64,000 bases of DNA from NCBI GenBank assembly GCA_964016885.1, contig OZ024741.1, positions 284,890,001 through 284,954,000 of the forward strand. The letters are read 5' to 3'. The stretch's first letter is position 1. Each line of letters begins with the position of its first letter. Positions 53,620 to 64,000 of this stretch are shown here, in pieces. Position numbers and translations under genes: made by a program. The notes under the pieces are model-generated. The model saw only the letters and a program-made list of their open reading frames with translations. It was not told where the DNA came from and did not search any database. This DNA is from Eledone cirrhosa. Lineage: Eukaryota.

Positions 53620-54436
53620 TACTATGGGTGTTCTGGGCGAGGTGACCTAATTGATCTATCAACTACTACCACTCATTTTGAGGTAGTATTGTAGTTGCAA
53701 GTGAAGAATTCATGTATGTAACCAGATATGGGTTCATCTGGGAATGTGAATGCTTATCATATTAAGAGTCCTGTCAGTAAGAGATGTTAGAATTACAATT
53801 GTAGGTGTTAAAAATTATAAGTGATAAAAATTATAATTCATATTGTAAACATCATCTACGCAGACACACATCTACGTATCTGCACCCATACACGCAAATA
53901 TATATATACATGCACACATACACATATATCTATACATACACATATATCCATACATATACATATCTATATACACATATATATATATATATATACACACACA
54001 TACGTGTATACGTACACACATACACAGACACATATGTACGTACCCTTCAGGGGGGTGGAAAAAGAAATAATAGGTACCTCTTATTTTCTTATCACTGTTA
54101 ATACTGACATTTATGTGCGAAAGGAATTAGGTTGGAGGTAGCTTGTCCTTCGGAAAACCGGATTACAGACCGGGGTGGATGGTGAAGCCCGGTAATAGGA
54201 AATGTAGGGTGCATGGAGATACCCATAGTAGGACTCTAGTGGCTGTTTACTTGGGTTAGAACTAAGGAAGTAAGAAAGAAGGATGAACCACTGCGAGAAG
54301 AGGCACGGGCCTAACCGCTAAGTAAGTGGGGCTCTGGGGTGTTTTTAAATGCTAGTCGAGACAAGAAGAGGGGAGAGGAGAGAGGTAGGTTCAGTGGGCG
54401 GGGTTGGTGTCTCTTGGACTCAGTGTGGTGGGGTTG

Positions 54437-54586
54437 CTATCCATATAGCTTGAGGAAAGTTCCCGTCTTTAGGTGTCTACATATACCAAAGAAATCTGTC
54501 CTACGATTGATTAAATTTATTCCGCCACTGAGTATCTCGAGTGTCTCACTTAGACGGAGGCTGCACATGCCAGATATTTTTACTTT
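54437..54586 (-). pseudogene. PLE endonuclease C-terminal fragment (not in the ORF track)
   Basis: Manual translation: KVKISGMCSLRLSETLEILSGGINLINRRTDFFGICRHLKTGTFLKLYG*. Confidence 0.75.
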
Positions 54587-54609
54587 GATTGCCAAATCTT
54601 TTATATATA

Positions 54610-54800
54610 TAGGAAAATGTTCAAGACCCCGACGGCAGAGCTCAAGCCATTTCGACGGCTAGTCCAGAAATAGCCGTCGAAACGGCTTGAGCTCTGCCGT
54701 CAAGGTCTTGAACATTTTCCTATTACCCACTCTACTACCCAAAGTATCGAGTACTCTGGTGCGTTATGGTCCTCCTGGTTCCTTATCACACTTCCTTCGT

Positions 54801-54801
<1 letters not shown>
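54610..54801 (+). mobile_element. Family F mini-element
   Basis: About 113-nt hairpin plus ~80-nt tail, then (TA)n. Confidence 0.88.
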
Positions 54802-54883
<82 letters not shown>

Positions 54884-56035
54884 TATATATAATTAAAAAT
54901 AGATGCAAAAACAATTATTAGCTTCTTGCTTGAGAAAAAGTAAATGAGATTTTCAACGTATCGGACATAAGCGTTTCTTCAAGAAATAGCAAAATTCAGA
55001 AAGAGAGACACAGTAAAAGAGAAGGTTGGAACAACGGAGTTTGGAAGGTTGGGAAAAAAAGATTTAAGATGGCTGGGGATGGTAAACAAGTCGTCCGGCA
55101 TGCCGGGTGGAGAGTTCAGGTGTATCAAACACAATTAATATATTGAAAGATCAAAATAGGTTAATTTATGTCAAGAAAGTTTCAAGCTCAATGTGTTTCT
55201 ACAATCCGTAAATAATATGAAATAATTCATCCAAAGTGTAAATCCTCTGGGTAAATAAAACCAAGATATTGAATGACGTAGATATGGAAGGAAACGGAGC
55301 ATATAAATAATAAATCCGAGACTACAGAAAGAATTTCAAACATTTAATTGACTTACATGCGTTTTCCACAAATGAAATGTGAAATACGGTTAGATTCCAG
55401 TTCATGGAAGTTAATCCGTATAAAAGGAAGCCAAATGCCAGGTAGAACTAAAAAACTCACCACAACACATATTTACTCAATCTTACTTATTTTCCCTGAA
55501 TTTTATTTATATCTTTATTTTATGTATATTTTTAACTGTCTCTGGTGAATCAGAGAGAGGGGGAGAGGGAGAGAGGGAGAGCCAAAGCTTCGATTTTACT
55601 AAGCTTCCTCTTGTATATATAAATGGCCGGCTTTGCCACATTCAAATATAAAGTTTTTCGAATATTGATAATAACATTCAATTCGTTTGCAATTATACAA
55701 ACAAGCCTCATTTTTAAAGCCATGTCAGTAGAATGAACCCTTCATCCTTGCTCTTGTGTTGGCATGTAAACAGACCTGCAGACACTAATGTTTCTGGGTA
55801 TCACTCTTCATCAGTACAGCTCACTTTTCACCTGCCAACTGTCAGAGCTAGTGAAAATATATGCTATTTTCTAAAATATACAGTGATTGATCGCCCTGAT
55901 CTGCATATTAGCAGACTGGCTGATCAGTCAGATCTGCATATCGAATGTTATTATCAATATTCGAAAAACTCAGCTTACATTTATTGTATTCAGCCATGTA
56001 GAGCGAAATTTCTTTTTTTTTTATATATACACAAA

Positions 56036-56106
<71 letters not shown>

Positions 56107-56699
56107 GTGTGTGTGTGTGTGTGTATGGGTGGGGGTGATATTCCCGGTTCAATCGGGTGTAACCACAGTAAGTACGGTATTCAAATGTTTAATATAGAAA
56201 TGGCATCTACAGAACCAGAACTGTTTCCTTCGAAGAAAATCATCTGTTCATGCCTGGAGAGAAATGGACTCCGTCATGATAAAAAATGATGTATGTCATG
56301 ATAGCGTCCCTACGACTCCATGGCGAGATACGAATCCAAACATACATACACTTAGTAACTGTTTTCTCTACAACTTTGTAGGGAATTTCTGCAAAGTCTA
56401 TGAAGTGATATCACTATGAAGTGATGAAGTCATATAACTACTTTAGAAAGTAACGTGAAATCTATACTTCCCTGATGAGATCATGAAAAAAAAAAAAGCA
56501 TGTCCAGAGTTGTCTTCCAACTTTCCAACATAATAAAAATAACATTTTCATTGTTTTCGTTTTGTCTCACCTCAAATTATGTTTGACTTGCTGTTTTTAC
56601 GTCTCTGCATTAAATAAGCTAAAATTTACTTAACTGTCATTATTCATAGCGGATGGCCTCTAAAAGTAATTTATTTTCTGGACATTCGTGTATAACATC

Positions 56700-57653
56700 T
56701 TTCCACCCCTCTCACCCACCTCTTACTTTCTCTCTCTCATATATCTTTTTTACTTTTTCTCTTGTCTCTCATTCTCTATCACTCCCCTCTCTCTCTTTCT
56801 CTCACCCACTTCTTACGTTCTCTCTTATATATATCTTTTTTACTTTTTCTCTTCTTTCTCTTTCTCTATGACCCCCTCTCTCTCACTCACCCTCCTTTTA
56901 CTTTATCTCTCTTTCTTTCCTCCTTCTTTCTTTACCCCCGTTCTCTCTCATCCTCCCCTTACTTTCTCTCTTTCTCTCTCTCACTCATATTTTCTTTTTC
57001 TTTTTCTCTACTCTCTCGTTCTCTATGTCCCTTCCCCCCTCTCTCTCTTTCACTCTCCTCTTATTTTTCTCACTTTCTCTCTCCCTCATATTTCTTTATC
57101 TTTTCTTTATCTTTTCTCTTTCTTTCTTTATTCTTCTCCCTCACTCTCCCCATCTCTCTCTCTCGCCCTATCTCTCTCTCTCCCTCTCTCACCTCTACTC
57201 TCTCTCAACCCCACTCTCTCTCACATTCTCCCCCTCTCCTCCCTCTCTCTCTCTCTCTTGCTTTCTCTTTGTTAGGCAAGACAAGGAAAACTTAAATACT
57301 CAGATGTTAAGAGAGAAAAAAAATGATGTTAAATCTTATTCAGATTCTATAATATTCTCTTCATTAGATGGTCTTTTCTTTGTTATTCTGCTTTTCTTGG
57401 TTGGTTTATATTCTCTAGTTAAGTCTACACCAATATTCCTTTCTTTCAATTCTTCAATTAGGAACCATTATTCATTCATACTTTAGCGTATTTTTCTTTA
57501 GTATATTGCTATTACTGTTAACGATGATATTAATGTAGATATTGTTGTTGTTGCTGATGTTGTTGTTGTTGTTAACGATGTATTGATGTAGATGTTGTTG
57601 TTATTGTTGTTGCTGTTGTTGTTAACGATGATATTAATGCAGATAATGTTGTT

Positions 57654-57690
<37 letters not shown>

Positions 57691-57793
57691 CTGTCGTTGT
57701 TGTTATTGTTGCTGATGCTGCTGTTGTTGTTGTTGTTGTTGTTGTTGCTGTTGTTACTGATGGTGATGGCATTGCTGAAGACACTGTTGTTGC

Positions 57794-57827
<34 letters not shown>

Positions 57828-58150
57828 GCTGTTGTTACTGATGGTGATGACATTGCTGAAGTCACTGTTGTTGTTGTCGTAGATGATGTTGATAATATTA
57901 CTGCTGTTGCTACTGCTGCTGCTGCTGACGATGATAGTGGTGTTTCTGAAGATGATACTGCTGTTGATGATGACATTGCTGTTGGTGTTATTGTTGTTGT
58001 TGCTGATTGATATAATGTTGCTAATGAAAATGTTCTTATTGCTGATGGTGATAATGATACAGCTGCTGCTACTGCTGCTACTGCTGCTACTGCTGCTACT
58101 GCTGCTACTGCTGCTACTGCTGCTACTGCTGCTAATGATGATATTGATGT
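56700..58150. repeat. CT-rich low-complexity tract (56700-57270) and (TTG)/(CTG,CTA)n tract (57520-58150)
   Basis: Read directly. Confidence 0.9.
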
Positions 58151-58481
58151 GAGTATTGTTGTTGATTTTCAGTTCTGTTTTATTTCATCATTCTACTTCA
58201 TTTATTTCTTCATTTGCCTCTACTTTACGTTTACATAATTTGATGAGGCAATGAGCCTCCTTTATTTGTTAATGCTATTCGTAGACAAGTAAATCATTTA
58301 AAAAATAACACATGAAAAAAATTTTTAAATAAAAAAAAAACTTTGACGAGAGACGTACTGTCTCAGATATGAATCACATCAAAATCTATTGTGATTATCT
58401 CTTGTGATTATTATCAGACTTACATAACAAAATCAATATTCGTTTGTTATTGCTATGTGTGCATATACTCTACGAACTCAT

Positions 58482-58544
<63 letters not shown>

Positions 58545-58749
58545 CACGCACATACACACACAAGCATACACATTTATATAATAGTTTGTTTATATCTATA
58601 TACTAACGAGAAAATAGAAAAATCTCATACACGGCTAAATGTTGACCGAAATGTCGTATACGTCGTATTACCGTATTACTAATAATTATATCATATATGT
58701 TTGTATTTCGAAATAAAACAGGATCTGAAATGCAGTAGAGTGCGTACGT

Positions 58750-58780
<31 letters not shown>

Positions 58781-58781
58781 G

Positions 58782-59010
58782 TAATAATAATAGATGTGAA
58801 GACTAAATCCGAAGAGGGCTTGATAAGGTTATCATATATATAAATATATACAGTATATATATAAACCGTAGAGCAAATGTTTATTAAAATAACAGATTAA
58901 AGTTTAAACAAAGAATCGCTGCTTTCACTCTGAAACATCTTCTGAAGATCCCGTTATGGGTGAAAGCAGCGATTCTTTGCTTAAACTTTAATCTGTTATT
59001 TTAATATATA
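58782..59010. mobile_element. Fold-back mini-element (arms ~58883-58929 / 58958-59005), family of 1124-1302
   Basis: Inverted arms; the centre holds a CTGAAGA-T-CCC gttat GGG-T-GAAAGC hammerhead-like remnant. Confidence 0.75.
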
Positions 59011-59016
59011 TATATA

Positions 59017-59191
59017 TAGGAACGAGTAGGACCCCGACGTCTGAGCTCAAGCCGTTTCGACGGCTAATTCGAAACGGCTTGAGCTCAGCCGTCGGGGTCC
59101 TACTCGTTCCTATTACCCACTCTACTACCCTAAGTATTGAGTACTTTGGTGCGTTATGGTCCACCTGGTTCCTTACCACATTTCCTCTGTT
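59017..59191 (+). mobile_element. Family F mini-element
   Basis: Hairpin plus tail between (TA)n tracts. Confidence 0.9.
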
Positions 59192-59537
59192 ATATATATA
59201 TATGCATACATATCGATATATATACATACATACATGCAGACATACATACTCTCAGGTATTGAATAATCGTTCCACCCAGACTTATTAATTTTTCTGATTT
59301 TTTTCAAACTCACTCCGTTTATTAAATTTTGCTAATCTATCTCCGGTGAAATTTTATTGTAAGTGATTCATATCGATACGGCAGCTGGAGAATCTAATAA
59401 TAATTTCATTTTACATTAAAAAAACATTATATATGACAAAAAAAAATACCATATTTACGAACGTAGACTATACAATTACCGATTTCCCAACCTCGTCTTT
59501 TATTCCAACACACTATTATTTGGGACCCGACAGTATA

Positions 59538-59624
<87 letters not shown>

Positions 59625-59626
<2 letters not shown>

Positions 59627-62447
59627 TAAAGAGACCATAATCAGCAAAGTTTTGTACATGGCTTCTATGATGACTTCTAAAACCAGCTTTACTGAGGCAA
59701 ATCCAGCGACAATCATTCAACATAAAGTCATTTTTAGCATCTGAAAATCCAGGTAAAGTAATATCGTTCAGACACCTCTTTATTTTTTCCTGCTCTACAC
59801 AAGATTTTTCAAATACCTGTTTTCCGTTAAACACCCTTTTCCTCCAAGCCGATTCATCTAGGGCATCTTCTCAATTATCTTCTCTTGACTTTATCAAAGC
59901 TCTTTTGGTACAGTATCTGAGTGTTGGTTTATTCCTTGCTCGTTTGCCTTTGACTAACTTCACATACAGTAGATGTTTAGGAATGCGAGGATCTGGCTTT
60001 TTACAAAATGGCCGCTCTGGTGCAATCTATATTGTATTATGAGAGATTCAATACTTTCAAAATGACTTCGTTCCAGCAGTTCAACATAACTTACATGTGA
60101 TTACCAATGGATACTGAGTATTCGGCGAAGACACTGTTGGTGAAAATGTTCTAGTATTTTTATATTTCACTGGTAGGTGACCCAAGTTTCACATGCATAC
60201 AGCAATGAAGACAATACACACGTTCCGTACACCTGTAACTTTGATCAATGGAAATCCCACGTCGACACAAAAGAGGCCTGTCTACTTTACCAAAAGATTC
60301 ACTTGCTTTCTTTAGTTTTAAGGAGATCTCATCAAGGATGTTTGTCATGTTAACTGTACTGCTTAAATACACAAATTGATCCACAACCTTCACTATTTTG
60401 CCATACACATACATGCTTGGCTCAATAAAATCCTTGTCTAGAGCTGGTTGAGACATGACAACTGTCTTGGTCAAACTGATTTTCAGACCCAACGCGTTGT
60501 AAAAGAATCCCTCCAGAGTGAGCAACAAAATCACAATCATCTGTATGCAAACATTTATGTAGTAGAAAAATGAACACAATTGTTTTGGCAGCAAACTGTC
60601 TGATGTCAAACAACTTGCTTGTCGAACGACACATCATATAAATTCTATGTGTGCATTCCTCAGATGTCATAAGGAAAACCATAGAGAAATACAATGTAAA
60701 CAATGTAGGTGTTGGTATATTACAAGATTTTCGACAAAAAAATGGGATCTAACACGTGTCCACCTATAGTGACACAAGCTTGTATACCATCATGGACTTG
60801 TCCGGACACCCGAGCATAGTAAGGATCTTCAACAAGACAGTTCTATTTACCGTATCAAAAGTCTTTATCAAGTCAACAACGACGCGATAGAAATCCATTC
60901 CTCGTTCAATATATTTCTCCTGAATTGCCTCACAAATATAATGCCTGTTGTCCCTCTGCCACTTCTAAAGCCACACTGCCACTCAGGAAGATCATTGCCA
61001 GTGATATTATCAAGCAATCTGTCCAGTATGATCTTACACAAGACCTTTTCCACAACTGACAAGAAAGCTATCCCCCGATAATTACCACTATTATACTTTG
61101 CACCTTTTCTGTTATAAATCACCACCATCAATGCATCTTTCCAGTCTTGAGCATCGATGTCTTCTTCCCCAACTTTACGTATCAGGTCTGTGAGAAGTCA
61201 AAGAAGGTTTTGACCTTCAGATTTCAGTTCCCTCAGCACAAATACTACCCCTTCCTTGCGATTTTCCATTATTGAGTTGATTTACAGCAACCTCCACTTC
61301 TTCCAAGGTAGAACTTTCTGCTAGTATCATTTGTAGGCCAACTAGGAATTGAGTTAATAAACTCCCCTTTGATTTGAGAAGGCCTATTCAAAAGGATGTC
61401 CCCTCCATCTCAAAATGATGTATTTGGGGCTCTAAACAATTCATTGTCATTTTGAAATTTCAGAGGTGCAATTGGAGAAGAATAAATACCATCGCCCTCT
61501 CGTAATAAGCTGTAAAGTAGCTTTGTATTGTTGGCATCAGTTACAGCGTGACTCGCCTTCGCTTTACTTCTCCACCGTGTATCGTTCATGTTATGGAGCT
61601 TGCGTTGTAAATTAACCTTCGCCTCCTTCAACAACAGTTCAAACCTTCCAATCTCTTCCTCATTTTCGACGAACAAATCTTGATGTTTCCTATAAATAAA
61701 AACCCAGAACAGATGCCGACGTTTCATGAACCGAAGTTTTGAAATCTTCTCAAGTATCATCGCATTATATCTTGTCAAGTCTAGGGCGGTGGATTGGCAG
61801 TATAGGTAGAGAGTCGGAAACCATGCTTTCCAGCATAGTTACGTCCCTTTACGATCTGAGTTCAAATCTCGCCGAGGTTAACGTTGCCTTTCATCCTTAC
61901 GAGGTCGATAAAATAAAGTACCAGTAATGTACTGGGTAATTGCTGGCATTGTCCCAAATGTAGAAACAATTATTTCTTGTCAACTTTCTCCCCAGCTCAT
62001 TTTTTTTATTGAAGCATTTTTAATTAGAGCAATATTTAAATTCTTTGGAACACCATTTACTCGTATTTTCGGCTTTACTACATCTTACTCCGAACAAAAC
62101 GATGGTCTGTCCAGCACTCAGCTCCTCGCAACACACGGATATCACAGATATCTCGAAAATTACGACTACGTACAAGAGCAATATCTATCATGTGATACTG
62201 CTTTGAACATAGATGGATCCAGGTTGTATTGTACTTCTCGTTGTGTTGGAAGAAAGTGTTAGCTATATAAACAATTAATTCCTGGCATATTTGCAGGAGT
62301 AACAAGCCATTGCTATTACATTTTCCAATCCCATGTTTACTAATTACATCCCACACTATTGGAGGGTCCTTGAATCTCCCGAGTTCCTCTGCTCTTTGAC
62401 GGGCTTTGTTTTTCATTCTGCAGGATGTCCAATAATAACTTTCCTCG
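59625..62447 (-). mobile_element. RTE-clade LINE, heavily decayed (APE end, RT, C-terminus), interrupted by a SINE at 61783-61972
   Basis: NSNGLLLL..ANTFFQH..TWIH..ID..WTDHR (APE), NYRGIAFLS..QCGFRSGR, GLKISLTKT; related to 19539-21231. Confidence 0.9.
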
Positions 62448-62635
62448 CTAAGCCTGGTTGGGCTGTCGGTTTAATTGCCGATGACTTGACCATATGAAAT
62501 GATATACTGGGCTACATGTTATTAGTAGTGCTGAAGAGCATACATACATACACACATACATACATACACACATACATACATACATACATACATACATACA
62601 TACATACATACATACATACATACATACATACATAC

Positions 62636-63110
62636 ATGATGCATGATGTAGTGTCCAAACACTGTACAATGCAACCCCTAGAAAGGGTAGCACCGACAAT
62701 AAACACTTTAAAAGCTACAGCAATGTGGAAGACATACATATACATAATATGAAAGAGTACTGGTGGAATGTTCCAGTCAAAATCCCAATAAAATGCAGGC
62801 ATAACAGACCAGGAAAAAGAAGAGACAGGGAAAAGAAGGCATACACAGTGGAAGTTAACTGCCCAACAGATGCCAATATAATATTTAAAATTAGTGAAAA
62901 GGAGAATATCTATGCAGAACTAATGAGAAATCTGCAGACACTCCACCCTGTCTCTACCTTCAGATTTATACCTGTGATTATTGGGGCACTGGGGTATGTT
63001 AGTAACTGCCTCAGTACAAATCTTGAGAAGCTAGGCTTCACAGAAACAGAAAGAACACAACTAGTTAGGAAATTACAAGTACAATCCAAAAAAATGTAAA
63101 ACATTCCAAA
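62636..63110 (+). pseudogene. R4/Dong-like non-LTR restriction-like endonuclease fragment in (TACA)n
   Basis: HDVVS..YWWNVP..HNRP..VEV.CP..EK..Y..L..FIPVIIGALG. Confidence 0.75.
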
Positions 63111-63755
63111 TATTCTACATGTAATAACTAAATATACACTTGCACAGATATAACACAAAACATACACATTCACATCCATATCTACACATGCATGCATGAA
63201 TACATATCTACCTAGTTGATGTTGTGTAAATTCCAATGAGAGAGTCTTGTATCTATGCTAGAAACCTACTCTTTCTCACACACACACATACACATACACA
63301 CACACACATACATACATACACATGTGTACATACATACACACATGCATACATACATGCGTAGATATATACATACATGAAAACATGCGTGCAAAAATGTATA
63401 CTACGCAAATCGCTTCGTTTCCGATGATGTGTGTTCCAGTTGTTTGATAAACAGACCAGCTTGTACATTAAATAAACGTGTAAGCGCCTGAGAACTCCAC
63501 AGACACGTGTACCTAATTCAGAGTAACACAATGAATCTAACGGGATTTCACACTGTTTCTGTCTGCCTAGTTTCACTCATATGAAATGGGCCGACCGGAC
63601 ACTTTGGTATACGACACTTGCTTTAGTGGCTACGCAGATAGATCGAACCTGTGACCCGATGATTGCAAAGCAAATCTCTCAACCATTCAGCCAGCCTGCG
63701 TCCCTGCATAACAAGGAATAATACAGAAATACACACACATTTCTAATCCCACACA

Positions 63756-63987
<232 letters not shown>

Positions 63988-64000
63988 ATATATATATATA

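Noticed and set aside
56472-56500. CTGATGAGATCATGAAA
   Set aside because: No helix II or III pairing; runs into poly-A.

Overview
AT-rich, microsatellite-saturated eukaryotic DNA. The SINE types suggest a cephalopod (Octopus-like) genome (inference). I find no credible host gene: nearly all listed ORFs are translated (TA)n/(CA)n/(CT)n repeats or decayed transposon frames. Recognisable content is Penelope-like elements (PLEs, including GIY-YIG fragments missing from the ORF track), Tx1/L1, RTE, R4/Dong-like and CRE-like LINE remnants, two SINE families, mariner MITEs and a fossil hAT transposase. The standout signal is at least nine unrelated short elements sitting in (TA)n tracts with one shared architecture: (TA)n - inverted arm - arm - unique tail - (TA)n. 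Their arms carry minimal type-I hammerhead ribozyme motifs with a palindromic helix III. Variants include a compensatory U3-A8 core, an extra base after A9, and very long helix II inserts. In several copies the arms stop at the predicted self-cleavage site or fold back in helix II. Hammerheads in PLE pseudo-LTRs are established; the variant cores, the 8-copy hairpin mini-element and the implied integration mechanism are what merit checking. All folds and alignments were made by eye, and boundaries are approximate.
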